This document shows, one piece after another, positions 19,995 to 30,076 of a stretch of 64,000 nucleotides of DNA. The stretch is taken from positions 124,001-188,000 of IMG/VR virus record IMGVR_UViG_3300030673_000004. One strand, given 5' to 3'. How positions within the stretch are numbered: the stretch's first letter is position 1; every line of letters starts with the position of its first letter. A model generated the notes under the pieces. The model worked only from the letters and a program-made list of their open reading frames with translations, was not told the origin of the DNA and did no database searches. A program made the position numbers and the translations under genes.

Positions 19995-20180
19995 ATGAAG
20001 ATCACTGAACTAACAGACGCTCAATGCAAGAAGATTGCTCAGCATAATCCTGATTGGATGGCTAAGAATCGTCCTGCTTGGATAGCTGAAAATCGCCCTT
20101 ATTGGATGGCTAAACATTGCCCGGAAGTAATGGCAAAGTATACTTTTGATGTTCCTGCAGATATTCTTAAATATCTGTGA
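19995..20180 (+). CDS. Small protein with four 8-aa tandem repeats
   Basis: HNPDWMAK/NRPAWIAE/NRPYWMAK/HCPEVMAK; AAGGA SD behind the promoter. Confidence 0.7.
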   Translation: MKITELTDAQCKKIAQHNPDWMAKNRPAWIAENRPYWMAKHCPEVMAKYTFDVPADILKYL

Positions 20181-20187
20181 GATACTA

Positions 20188-20216
20188 TTGACATTCATAC
20201 AAAATTAATGTATATT
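20188..20216 (+). promoter_or_regulatory. sigma70-type promoter with TACA-N7-TGTA (leaderless start at 20223)
   Basis: TTGACA-ttcatacaaaattaatg-TATATT. Confidence 0.85.
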
Positions 20217-20222
20217 GTGTTT

Positions 20223-20540
20223 ATGAAAATCGGACCTGCTTCTGCAACTGGAAATACTTATCCCCACCGTCAGATTCTATTGGCGACGGGGTGGCAGTGG
20301 AATGGGCAGCTTCGTTGCTGGCAGAAAGCACGCTACGAGGAAGGGAGTTTGACTCTTTCCGGCGTAACAATCACAGTACACTGGGATCTTGTAGATCACC
20401 TTACGCAGATGATTGCGGATCTGAAGCGTCCTGTTGAGTTTAAGAATTCACATACGTATGCTCGTTCTATGTCACAGAAGAGTCAACTTCCTGACTTGGA
20501 GAGAGAGTTGCGTTGTGAGCTGGCTTTGCGTAACAACTGA
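20223..20540 (+). CDS. Hypothetical early protein
   Basis: The track start (20208) lies inside the -10 element, so ATG 20223 is preferred. Confidence 0.65.
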   Translation: MKIGPASATGNTYPHRQILLATGWQWNGQLRCWQKARYEEGSLTLSGVTITVHWDLVDHLTQMIADLKRPVEFKNSHTYARSMSQKSQLPDLERELRCELALRNN

Positions 20541-20562
20541 ATCCTAAAAGGAGTACACGTTT

Positions 20563-20886
20563 ATGTTTCACATTCATTCTTTCAGCGCATCCTCTGTGAC
20601 TGGTGCTACTGTTACTCAGCATGTAGATAAGTACTGGTACCCGGAGGTGCATACGCATCAAGTATGTGCCTGTGGTGTGTCAAAGGTTCGTGTTACGAAG
20701 CTGCCTTTCGTCCTTACAGAGTCTCTGGCATGGCGTTCTGTAGTCGCCTACCTTAGAATTGTTGCTTCACAGAATCCAAAGCATACCCTGATCGTGGCTA
20801 TGGCTGAGTTGAATGTCCTGTTCGATCAGTATGCTGAAAAAGTTGCAGCTAAGGAAGCGCAAGCAAACGTTCCAAAGGGTTCGTAG
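20563..20886 (+). CDS. Hypothetical early protein
   Basis: 107 aa, AAGGAG SD. Confidence 0.65.
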   Translation: MFHIHSFSASSVTGATVTQHVDKYWYPEVHTHQVCACGVSKVRVTKLPFVLTESLAWRSVVAYLRIVASQNPKHTLIVAMAELNVLFDQYAEKVAAKEAQANVPKGS

Positions 20887-21011
20887 CTGCTCTGGTGTTA
20901 GTAATCAGCAAAAAGCTAATATTGATGCTGCCGTTGCTATAGTTTCAAATAAAGGCGCAGCATTGATATTCTTTCTGACTATAAAGATCTTTAACTTAGG
21001 AGGCTGTGTTT

Positions 21012-21275
21012 ATGTTTGGGGATGTAACTATGTTTATTTTCTGTTTTGGTGGTGTGCTGCTCATCTGTACTTTGTGGTTCCTTGTTAAGCCATCAGTGTC
21101 AACTAAGAATAAGGATCTGGTATTTTGCTTTGCTGTTGCCTGTGCATTCTTAGCTGGTGGTTTATTCGGACTACACATTTTTCAAAGCTTCTTAGCTTTG
21201 GGTATTTCGTTGTTGATCTTGATAAAGTGTAGAGTTTCCCGATTTAATTCTTGGCTTGAGCGATATCGTAAATAA
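21012..21275 (+). CDS. Small multi-pass membrane protein
   Basis: AGGAGG SD; three hydrophobic segments. Confidence 0.6.
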   Translation: MFGDVTMFIFCFGGVLLICTLWFLVKPSVSTKNKDLVFCFAVACAFLAGGLFGLHIFQSFLALGISLLILIKCRVSRFNSWLERYRK

Positions 21276-21279
21276 TTTA

Positions 21280-21326
21280 GTTGACAAGCATACAAATTGA
21301 ATGTATATTTGTTCTTGTCACCTCAA
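21280..21326 (+). repeat. 47-bp promoter/leader direct repeat, copy 2
   Basis: 45/47 identical to 19933..19979. Confidence 0.9.
21281..21309 (+). promoter_or_regulatory. sigma70-type promoter with TACA-N7-TGTA
   Basis: TTGACA-agcatacaaattgaatg-TATATT. Confidence 0.85.
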
Positions 21327-21339
21327 CACGGAGTTCAAC

Positions 21340-21753
21340 ATGAGTCACCCTACTGTTACTGAAGCCGCTGATAAGTTTCGCGCTGCCGTGGAAGCTGCAC
21401 CTGATGTCACTGTGGCTGTAATGTCTATTCAGTTGGAGCAGATGACTGAGCAGCAGGAACATTTTCGTAGTATTACGAAGGATCTTGAGCATCTTCCTTA
21501 TGCAGATTTTGGTGTCATCTTTGAGGATGCTGTAAACCGTGTTGTTGTCGTGGAAGATATCATTGCTGGTCGCAAGGGGGAGTACAAGTATACTTCTGCT
21601 CTTCATGACGGTAAGCGTTGGCGTTGGCGTTGCGCCTCTTCCTACTGGGATAAGGTGGAGCTTGCTTATATGCAGGGCATCGCTGAGCAGCGGCTCGGTC
21701 TGAACAATCAGTTTGTTCTGTTCGCTGATCGCATGCTCACACCTGAGAAGTAA
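21340..21753 (+). CDS. Hypothetical early protein
   Basis: ATG 21340 after GGAG; the track start lies in the promoter. Confidence 0.7.
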   Translation: MSHPTVTEAADKFRAAVEAAPDVTVAVMSIQLEQMTEQQEHFRSITKDLEHLPYADFGVIFEDAVNRVVVVEDIIAGRKGEYKYTSALHDGKRWRWRCASSYWDKVELAYMQGIAEQRLGLNNQFVLFADRMLTPEK

Positions 21754-21776
21754 ACAAAGTATCAATAGGAGTTTCT

Positions 21777-21977
21777 ATGTGGACACTACTTGTTTTTGTA
21801 CATGTCATGACGCCTTATGGGGCGTCGGATCCGGCTGCATCGTCACTTGAGATTCGTGGTTTCTCTTCTGAGCAGAATTGCCTGTCGCAGGGACCGAAAG
21901 CAGTTAAAACTGCAGTTCGTGCCAATCCCGGTTCTGCTCGGATCAGTGCCACCTTCACTTGCCTTGAAGTGCGTTAA
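21777..21977 (+). CDS. Small putative secreted protein with a Cys pair
   Basis: AGGAG SD; MWTLLVFVHV...GFSSEQNC....A...C pattern common in small phage proteins. Confidence 0.6.
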   Translation: MWTLLVFVHVMTPYGASDPAASSLEIRGFSSEQNCLSQGPKAVKTAVRANPGSARISATFTCLEVR

Positions 21978-21982
21978 TTGCT

Positions 21983-22207
21983 ATGCTGAGCCTTTCTGTG
22001 GAACGCTATAATAGGCTAACAGCGCCGCCTGCTGTCGGTAGGCATGTAGTTATTATACACAGCACACCGACAGGTCCTGTTGCCGGTCGTAGAGGCTGCG
22101 TTGCTCGATTAAAGAATAGGTATGCTGGGGGCTTTTGTGAAGTAGATGCGCTGGTTGAACTCACAGACGGTACTTGTGAGTTCTGGTGGAACTGTGCTTA
22201 CGCTTAA
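21983..22207 (+). CDS. Hypothetical small protein
   Basis: 74-aa ATG ORF ending just before a terminator. Confidence 0.45.
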   Translation: MLSLSVERYNRLTAPPAVGRHVVIIHSTPTGPVAGRRGCVARLKNRYAGGFCEVDALVELTDGTCEFWWNCAYA

Positions 22208-22233
22208 ACTGCATAAAAGTATGTATGCGAATT

Positions 22234-22265
22234 AACCTCTAGTAAAGATATCTCTAGAGGTTTTT
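22234..22265 (+). terminator. Terminator closing the small-gene cassette
   Basis: AACCTCTAG-11 nt-CTAGAGGTT followed by TTT. Confidence 0.65.
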
Positions 22266-22267
22266 CT

Positions 22268-22405
22268 ATGCCTGATGCTGAGCAGCCCTTACGCTATGTT
22301 GACTTTGACGGCAAGATACGAGAAGTATCTGCTGCTGTTTTAGATAACTTGGACGATTATATTCCTCAAGAAGCGTCGGCTGCCTCTGAGAGGGAGCTTA
22401 ACTAA
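22268..22405 (+). CDS. 45-aa acidic ORF below the track cutoff
   Basis: MPDAEQPLRYVDFDGKIREVSAAVLDNLDDYIPQEASAASERELN*; its TAA overlaps the next ATG (TAATG). Confidence 0.5.
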   Translation: MPDAEQPLRYVDFDGKIREVSAAVLDNLDDYIPQEASAASERELN

Positions 22406-25400
22406 TGCTGTTTGCCCTGGGTGCTCAGTTTGAAAAAGATTCTAATCATTTAGATGAATCCATTGTGAGCAATATTCGCTGTGGTTTTGAAGCTGAGTTC
22501 GCATCTGAAGTATCTTACGATACTTGTGGTGAATACTTAGAAGAAAACCTACAAGATAGAACAGGTGCTGTTATTATAGCTAAGAGTTATGGGGCGTCTC
22601 ATAATAGTTCTTATGAGGATTGGTCTGTAGAATCTGATAGCTCTATCCCAACAGCAATACAGTATCCTAACCAGGTTGAAATTGTATCTCCGATTCAAGA
22701 TGTAGAAAAGACTATAGATGACCTTGGTGTTGTTTTTGAACTGATTAAGAGTCATGGCAAGACAGCGCAGGCTACGGGTCTTCACATGACATTTAGCATT
22801 AAAGATGTTAATTTATATGAGGATAAATTTGACCATTTGAAGTTTTTGTTTCTTGTTGGTGAGAGCTATTACGCTAAGTTTTTTGGACGTGTTGCTTATG
22901 GCTATGCTCTGGAGTTTTTAACAGTATTCAAGCAAAAACTTCTTGCTTATTTGTATCAGGTTGACAAAGTAACTATAACGCCTTCTGATTGTGCTGAGTT
23001 TGTACGAATACATGCAAGTCAGCCTTTTGCTGGGTTTTCTGAGAATATCAAAGCTGTAGGTGAAGATAATAAAGGTCTTTACACACTATTCGCTGCATAT
23101 AAAGAAGCTAGTGCTAATTTATCTGATCGGTACCAATCAGTTAATACTCAGCATCTAACTAAAGACGCTTCTCGTATTGAGTTTCGGCTTCCTGGTGGGG
23201 CTGGGTATGAGAATAAGTTTGAGCAGTGCTCTAGGCTAATGCGTGTTCTGGCTAATGCTCTATGGGTATCTCGTGCTGGGATGACTCAATATAATGATTA
23301 TTATATTAAGAAACTGACTCGTTTAGTGCTGGCGGCACAAGAAGAGGCACGCTCTGATAAGGCTACTCTTAATCAGACTGATACAAATAGAACATTTCGT
23401 ATTCAAACTACACAAGAGGGTCGTAATACTGTACATCAGTTAATGCGGTTTGAAAAGACACGTATGCAAAAGCCTACAGCTACGGCTGTTGCTTCTTTTG
23501 TATTTTCGGGGAGTGATGTTAAGCACATCGGCGTGCATCGTGCTATCAATGGTGATGCAAATGAAGCTTTTTTTGACTGTGTGAGGAAATTTTCTGAAGC
23601 GCAGTTGTGGTCTATTGCCGGTGCAGTTCACTGCATTGAAGGGCAGGAAGCTGTGTGTGATGGTTTAGATCGTCCTGAGTTGAATACTCTTGTTTTAGCT
23701 ATTCAAGCAAGACCAACGTTAGATTTTCCTGATATTAGATCTAATGATCCACAAGACTGGTCTATTGTACCTCGTATCGTAGAAAAGATCGGTCAGTTAT
23801 CTGGGAAGTCTCGTGTGTGGGCGTCTGCTTTTGCTCTTAATTATGTTGTTATGGGTTGCTTACAGTTTGCTCATAACATTGGTAGCTTTCCTACGTCGGA
23901 TACTGAGTTCAAATCTATTGGACAGCTTGTTATATGGGCTAAGTCTGCACTATCTCCTGAGAGTCTTGTTTACTTTAAGTTTTGGGTATGGGCGAAGCTA
24001 GATTCAAACTATGATTATTCTGCCGATAATGCTCTTGATGATCTCACTTCTGGGTTTATGCTGGCCCACATTGGTAGTACTGCAGTGCTAAAACGTACAT
24101 CTATGGGCTATATGAGTTTTGGTACTGTGCTCAGTTTAGCTCGTTATCGTAAACTAAGTAATTCTCTATCTAAGGATATTCTTAATGTCTTCCCTTCGAC
24201 AACTAATGTGTCGTTTATCATTAAGGGTATAATTTCCTTAAAGGCTGTGTCCAATCCTTTAGATTGTGCTGGTTTAATTGTATTATTAAAGGATTGCATA
24301 CAGTCAAAGCCTGCAGTTTCTGAGTGTCAATCTGTTTTGTACATAGTGTACAAAACTTATGGTCTGACTACATTTACAGAGCTGCTTTTTAAGTGTACAA
24401 GACAGCTCGCTACTTTTGATGGTAGCGCTGCTGCCGATGGCGACAGTTCTTACATACTGGAAGATATACTAAGCCCTATAACATCTTCAGATATCCCAGA
24501 TTCAGCCAAATTAGATATAGAAAAAGCTATAGCAACTACTGTAAACTCTGAGTTGCGTAAAGGTAGTGAAAAAATTAGTGTTTATGATATTCTGTTGGAA
24601 GCTGAGTCTCGGGATACATTGTCTATACCTGATACGTTGCATATTCTAGATAGCGCTACAGAAAGTGATCTTGAAACTTTCAGAAGTAGCTCCGTTGTTG
24701 CTTTTAAGCTAGCAAGAGCAGCTTGGCTTTTGAATAGATCTGGATTAAAACTTCCAGTAAATAAAGCTCTTGCTGTGATATACTTAAAAAATCCTGTTTG
24801 GTTCGGTGCTCTTGCTGCTGTAGCACTTATACCAAACTCAAACATGTATAATCATGACTACACGTGGCTTTTTGGTATTAAGCCTACAGCTTTTCTTCGA
24901 GATCTTTTCACTAAGGCTGATACTCTTTTTCCGTACATTAAGCGGACTATGTCTGCTGCAAGTCACATAGATTTCTGTTCTTTATTGCAGCATGTACCTG
25001 TCGTAGATAAGCACTTGGCGTTTGGTAAGGATGCTTTGAATTTTCTGCTCAAGTCTCTAGCTTTAGGTCTCATGAAATATCCTTGGGATAATAAATCTGT
25101 TTTTTACGAGTTTCCTTCTTATGAGACACGAGAGTATACAGGTACTCTACTTCCTGTTTTGGATTATCTTGCAGGTCAAGAGACCAAGCACCGCAGGACA
25201 ACAATACGATTAGCTAGCCTGAATTTTATACCACTAGACTTCCGTGTTGGTGATGCTTACGAAGGGACAGAGCCCGGTCCTTATTTTAATCTTAAGGTAT
25301 CTCGCACGGATGTTCAGACATGGCGCTCATCCTTTGCCGAAAAGTTGAGTGAAAAGGAACCGTTTGATTATCCTGTAGAAAAACCTGTATCTGACACAGG

Positions 25401-26214
25401 TGTAGTTTCAGAAGATAAATCTGTACCTCCGGAGGTTTTATACAAGGTCCGGAAGTATAGCATTACAGATAATTACGATCTGACAAGAGAAGATGTAAGG
25501 TCATTTATTGATAATGCCTCAAAAGATGATTTGCTTAAATTCTTTACGTCTATTTTTGCGGATCCTGCTCTTATCTATAGAGACTTTGTCGAATTTAATA
25601 GTATTCGTGATACAGCTAGAGTAAGTACAAACCCAGCAGTATGGCAGGCTATTCATGAGTTTGTTTTAGGCTATTCTTCAGTAAATCGTGGAGTGATTGC
25701 CATTGCTGATTGGCTGATGTATGTATTTGCTGCTCATCGTACAGATGCTGATGAAACAGTGCCTTCTACTTTATATGGTGCGTCATATTCACAAGTTTTA
25801 TATGATACCTTAACTATGGTAGCAGACGGCAGTAACGTTGCTTATATACCATATTCATTACTTAGTACATACACGTTTGCCCTTGCTCTTAAAGATAGCA
25901 ACCCGGATATTTATAGGATGCTAACTAGTAATCTTGCTATTAAGGCTATTAAGCAAAATGTACGTAAACATGTTAATACACGTCTGCGTACATTACCGGA
26001 TGCTGCGATTGACACGTACAACAGCAAGCATGTAGTGTCGGCTAGCATTACTCCGATATTATACACGGAGGATAGAACACCTTTGGGTGATTATTTACTT
26101 CAGTTAGTAGGTCGTAGTAAAGTAGCTTCTGAAGTGTATAAACTTCATCAGGAGCATCAGCTAGATAGCACAAAACCAGAGCCTGTCTATCCTTGGCGTT
26201 CGGCCTTCGCGTAG
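22405..26214 (+). CDS. Amidoligase-domain protein, paralog 3 (1269 aa)
   Basis: CGFEAEF, YGASH, WSVESDSSI, VEIVSPI, TGLHMTFS, RYQSVN and IEFRLPGG. Confidence 0.85.
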   Translation: MLFALGAQFEKDSNHLDESIVSNIRCGFEAEFASEVSYDTCGEYLEENLQDRTGAVIIAKSYGASHNSSYEDWSVESDSSIPTAIQYPNQVEIVSPIQDVEKTIDDLGVVFELIKSHGKTAQATGLHMTFSIKDVNLYEDKFDHLKFLFLVGESYYAKFFGRVAYGYALEFLTVFKQKLLAYLYQVDKVTITPSDCAEFVRIHASQPFAGFSENIKAVGEDNKGLYTLFAAYKEASANLSDRYQSVNTQHLTKDASRIEFRLPGGAGYENKFEQCSRLMRVLANALWVSRAGMTQYNDYYIKKLTRLVLAAQEEARSDKATLNQTDTNRTFRIQTTQEGRNTVHQLMRFEKTRMQKPTATAVASFVFSGSDVKHIGVHRAINGDANEAFFDCVRKFSEAQLWSIAGAVHCIEGQEAVCDGLDRPELNTLVLAIQARPTLDFPDIRSNDPQDWSIVPRIVEKIGQLSGKSRVWASAFALNYVVMGCLQFAHNIGSFPTSDTEFKSIGQLVIWAKSALSPESLVYFKFWVWAKLDSNYDYSADNALDDLTSGFMLAHIGSTAVLKRTSMGYMSFGTVLSLARYRKLSNSLSKDILNVFPSTTNVSFIIKGIISLKAVSNPLDCAGLIVLLKDCIQSKPAVSECQSVLYIVYKTYGLTTFTELLFKCTRQLATFDGSAAADGDSSYILEDILSPITSSDIPDSAKLDIEKAIATTVNSELRKGSEKISVYDILLEAESRDTLSIPDTLHILDSATESDLETFRSSSVVAFKLARAAWLLNRSGLKLPVNKALAVIYLKNPVWFGALAAVALIPNSNMYNHDYTWLFGIKPTAFLRDLFTKADTLFPYIKRTMSAASHIDFCSLLQHVPVVDKHLAFGKDALNFLLKSLALGLMKYPWDNKSVFYEFPSYETREYTGTLLPVLDYLAGQETKHRRTTIRLASLNFIPLDFRVGDAYEGTEPGPYFNLKVSRTDVQTWRSSFAEKLSEKEPFDYPVEKPVSDTGVVSEDKSVPPEVLYKVRKYSITDNYDLTREDVRSFIDNASKDDLLKFFTSIFADPALIYRDFVEFNSIRDTARVSTNPAVWQAIHEFVLGYSSVNRGVIAIADWLMYVFAAHRTDADETVPSTLYGASYSQVLYDTLTMVADGSNVAYIPYSLLSTYTFALALKDSNPDIYRMLTSNLAIKAIKQNVRKHVNTRLRTLPDAAIDTYNSKHVVSASITPILYTEDRTPLGDYLLQLVGRSKVASEVYKLHQEHQLDSTKPEPVYPWRSAFA

Positions 26215-26227
26215 ACCACTTCTTGAT

Positions 26228-29200
26228 ATGGACATTGTAACTGCTGCTCAATTTGATAGAGATCTGAGTAAAAATCTGTCTAGTCTTCCTGTTCGTTGCG
26301 GCTTTGAGGCTGAGTTTGCTTCTGCCTTGCCTCATGATCGTATCCCTACAATACTTGAAGCGTTTCTGCAGAATCCGGGGAAGACGGATATTGAAGGCAT
26401 ACCAGAGCGTCTTGGCCCTCGCCCTGGTATTGAAGTAAACAATAGCTATGGTGCGTCTCATGGTGGTTCCTACAAATCTTGGTCTGTAGAAACTGATAGT
26501 ACTATTCATGTTGATAATCATCATTCCTATCGCATTGAGCTTGTTAGTCCTATTTTGACTCTCCCTGATATGATTCACGGGCTCAAGGCTGTAATGGCTA
26601 TGCTCCGTAGTAATGTTGAATTACCTTCAGAGTATGTAGATCAAGACGTTGTATCTTTAGGTGAGACAGATAAAGAAACAGGTTGTCATCTTACGTTCTC
26701 TATTAAAGATATAGACTTATCTAAAGTTGACGTACTTAAGCTAGCGGTCCTGCTCGGGGAGGATCATTGGGGTGATGTATTCGGTCGCCATAATAATGGT
26801 TGGGCTGAAGAGGCGTTAGATCATTTCAAGAATTGGGTTACGACAAAAGAGATTAAGGATCCCAGAGATTTAGCCGCCGCTGTGTCAGATCTATGCAATA
26901 GATCTGCATTAGATGTCCAGGATTCGGAATTATTTAAGTGGTTGGATAACAGGATGGAGAAGTATCGCTCTATTAACATGAGTAAAACTCGTCAAGGTGT
27001 TTTAGAGTTCCGATTACCTGGTGGTAAGGATTATCAGTATAAAGATGATAAGCTAGCTATCGTTGCGGAACGTTTCGCTTATGCTTTTTATGCCTCGGCG
27101 GACCCTACCGCTTATGCTGATTACTACAAACAGAAACTTGTACGTATTGCTTTGAAGTTTATGGCTACACCTGAAGCACAGCAGCGTAGCGCTACACAGA
27201 TATACGATGAATCTAAAGTTTTTATGCGTGTTCGTTCTACTGGTGGTAGTTCTTATTTATGTTTGATGCCTGATGATAAACCCTTGTCCGCACCTGCTAT
27301 GGCTTTTGCTCTTAAATCTCTTGGCGAGGGTGCCTACAGTATTGAGCAAGATGTCCCAGAGCAGCAGAGTTTTAGATCTATCACGGGTACTATTAATTTG
27401 GTTAAGACTAACTCAATCTTGGGATATGTTAGTTATGCTTTGATTAATACTAAGTTCAAATTAAGTGATACTGTTGTATCCTCCCTATTAAGGTCATTTC
27501 TCTTACCACGCAGCGTACCAGATACACGCTCGGTGCAGCATTATATCTATCTGCCCCATACGTCTGTAGATGAATTATCTGTTTCAAAGTTTGCTACTAC
27601 TACAATTGACGTGAATTGGCCTGAGTCCATAAAAGAGGCTGTTCAAAAAGAAAAAGATGCGAGTAGTGAGTGGCTGGCCCCTGGTGGTTCGTTATATTTG
27701 AGCCGAATAGTAGCTGCTATACGGAATTCTAAGGCATCAGACATCATTAAGTTACATGCTCAGTATAATGATCAATTAAATACATTGATTTATGGTGATT
27801 TTCGCGGTGTTCATTTAGACCAGTTAGCTGGTGATCCGTTAGCTAAGAATAAGTTTGATCTTATGCACACGGTTGAAGCTCCTGCTGCTGACATAGCTAA
27901 TTACCTAAACTCCTCAGACTATCAACGTGAGGTACAAACAGCGTGGGGAGAACGGTTTAATGGTAATAGGCCGATACCATTTATAATACTTAGTTCGTTA
28001 TCTCAACTAGATGAGTCTTTTGTAGCTCGTTTGAAAACTCACTATTGGTTATTTGCTGAGTGTTTCCCTGGGACAGTTAAGAGCTACGCTGACGCGATTG
28101 ACCCTGACGAGGTTTCTTTCTATTTAGATGTCTTGCGTTTATTACCCGAAGAGAAGAAAGAATCTTTAATTGTTCCCGTTAGTGCCTATATAGGTAGGCA
28201 GCTAGCTGGCACACTTAATGCTGATGCTCTTTCAGATGATATTTTTGTAAAAGAGCTTAATGTTCTATTAGAGCATGTATCGGATATTGCTGATACAGGT
28301 GCCAAAGATACTACAGAGGTAGAACTCCCTACTGTGCTTAGTACGGTTTCTACTAGAATAATTCTAAATATGCAGGGTATGGCTGCCCAGGCCATAAGTC
28401 CTGTATTGGGTATAATTTTCCCTAAGTTGCCTAATTTTGTTAAGTACATGGAGACCATGCATGCACATGCGCTGGTTGATTCTCTCACAGATGATATGTT
28501 ATTAAATTATGATGGTACTGATTTTTCAAATAAGCTTCCTCCATTAACTATAAAAATATTTCTCTCAAATACAGCAAAACAGTTAGAGTCAGCCGGTGCT
28601 TATACCGGTACTGACGTTTCTGAGATAGCCACTGCTTTTGTTTTAGCTTATGCTAAGGGTATCATAGATACGATACCCAAGCAGCTAGACTCTACTGTAG
28701 TCTCACAGGCCGCTGTTCATTGTGTCTTAAACATGAAAAATGCTGCTATGGAGGGCAATGATGAACTCTATGTGAAACTTAATGTTTTTGTAGATCAAGG
28801 AACCCGGATTTTAGACATTGCACCTAAGCTTAAATCTGAATTGTATCGTGCTTACTTACACGACATGAGTAAAGAGAAAGAGACAGAAGATAGCTTAAAA
28901 GAAAAAGGTGCCTTGACATTAGCCGCCTTGATAGCTATCGGGTACGGTACTTATGGTGCTCAAGCTTTAGGTGCAGGATCGGCTACTTGTTTTAATGCTG
29001 CTGTAAAACATTATCGTGGTGCATGGACGAGTTCTGTAACAGATGATTTTTTACACCACATGAATGCGTTGTGTAATTTATCTCGCCCTCTGCCCGCGTG
29101 TTCTTTGTTTGATGCTATAAGTAAGCTGATCTCTACATACCCTACTACCGGGGATCCTGCGGCGGACAGTCTTAGGGGTATATTTTCAGATTATCAAGTG

Positions 29201-30076
29201 GCATCTACTAAAATAACAACTCAAAAAGATTTAATTGTTACATATCCTAAAATGCACATTGAGTTGCAGGATGCGCCTGTGGTACCGTATCCTGCTGATT
29301 TCTCTGCTCAGTATAGATTGACACCTAAGCAATTAGCTTCTTTCTTTGGCTCTCCTAGTGGTGAAGAGGTGGATCGTGCTTCTCTGGCACCCCTGCCGTT
29401 CAAAGCATCACATCTACTGATTACTAATCTGAATGCTTACACAGTTAAGCAGCTTGATGAGCTGTACTCTTGCCCGGCACCTAGTGCGGAGGCACAATCA
29501 TTCGGTGATTCTTTGGCAAGGACTATATTTGCTGCTACTAAGTCTGGACCTTGTCCTGCTTCCTTGCTGACATCAAACATAGCACGTGCTTATATGACAT
29601 CTACATCACCGGGTATGGGAACATTCTTGTTTCAGTATATAGAATCTATTTTAATACCTGACGATGATTTTCGTAGATTTAATATGTTTACTGGTGGTAC
29701 GAGTAATCCTGAATTGGGGTCTGTTCTGTTCTCCTCGTTGCTACCTTTCTATTCTATTTATGCTTCTATTACCCATGTGGGTAGGCAACATGTTTCATTT
29801 GTTGATTTATTGGACGCCTTTATAGGTGATCATGCAGTATCTCCAGAAGCTTTCTGCTCTAAGGAATTTGTTGCTCTGTATAAATTCTGTGTTCATGTTG
29901 GTATTGTTAATAAGATTAGCTCTGATTCTTTACCTGATGCATTATTTGAGGTATATACGGGCCTTAAATTGCATACGCATGTTGCTTTGATTGATGCTTT
30001 GATACATGAGCATAAGAAATCCCATAAAGTAACATCACTATTTCCTATGTATGGGTACCCTTATTATGGCGACTGA
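26228..30076 (+). CDS. Amidoligase-domain protein, paralog 4 (1282 aa)
   Basis: CGFEAEF, YGASH, WSVETDSTI, IELVSPI, TGCHLTFS, KYRSIN and LEFRLPGG. Confidence 0.85.
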   Translation: MDIVTAAQFDRDLSKNLSSLPVRCGFEAEFASALPHDRIPTILEAFLQNPGKTDIEGIPERLGPRPGIEVNNSYGASHGGSYKSWSVETDSTIHVDNHHSYRIELVSPILTLPDMIHGLKAVMAMLRSNVELPSEYVDQDVVSLGETDKETGCHLTFSIKDIDLSKVDVLKLAVLLGEDHWGDVFGRHNNGWAEEALDHFKNWVTTKEIKDPRDLAAAVSDLCNRSALDVQDSELFKWLDNRMEKYRSINMSKTRQGVLEFRLPGGKDYQYKDDKLAIVAERFAYAFYASADPTAYADYYKQKLVRIALKFMATPEAQQRSATQIYDESKVFMRVRSTGGSSYLCLMPDDKPLSAPAMAFALKSLGEGAYSIEQDVPEQQSFRSITGTINLVKTNSILGYVSYALINTKFKLSDTVVSSLLRSFLLPRSVPDTRSVQHYIYLPHTSVDELSVSKFATTTIDVNWPESIKEAVQKEKDASSEWLAPGGSLYLSRIVAAIRNSKASDIIKLHAQYNDQLNTLIYGDFRGVHLDQLAGDPLAKNKFDLMHTVEAPAADIANYLNSSDYQREVQTAWGERFNGNRPIPFIILSSLSQLDESFVARLKTHYWLFAECFPGTVKSYADAIDPDEVSFYLDVLRLLPEEKKESLIVPVSAYIGRQLAGTLNADALSDDIFVKELNVLLEHVSDIADTGAKDTTEVELPTVLSTVSTRIILNMQGMAAQAISPVLGIIFPKLPNFVKYMETMHAHALVDSLTDDMLLNYDGTDFSNKLPPLTIKIFLSNTAKQLESAGAYTGTDVSEIATAFVLAYAKGIIDTIPKQLDSTVVSQAAVHCVLNMKNAAMEGNDELYVKLNVFVDQGTRILDIAPKLKSELYRAYLHDMSKEKETEDSLKEKGALTLAALIAIGYGTYGAQALGAGSATCFNAAVKHYRGAWTSSVTDDFLHHMNALCNLSRPLPACSLFDAISKLISTYPTTGDPAADSLRGIFSDYQVASTKITTQKDLIVTYPKMHIELQDAPVVPYPADFSAQYRLTPKQLASFFGSPSGEEVDRASLAPLPFKASHLLITNLNAYTVKQLDELYSCPAPSAEAQSFGDSLARTIFAATKSGPCPASLLTSNIARAYMTSTSPGMGTFLFQYIESILIPDDDFRRFNMFTGGTSNPELGSVLFSSLLPFYSIYASITHVGRQHVSFVDLLDAFIGDHAVSPEAFCSKEFVALYKFCVHVGIVNKISSDSLPDALFEVYTGLKLHTHVALIDALIHEHKKSHKVTSLFPMYGYPYYGD

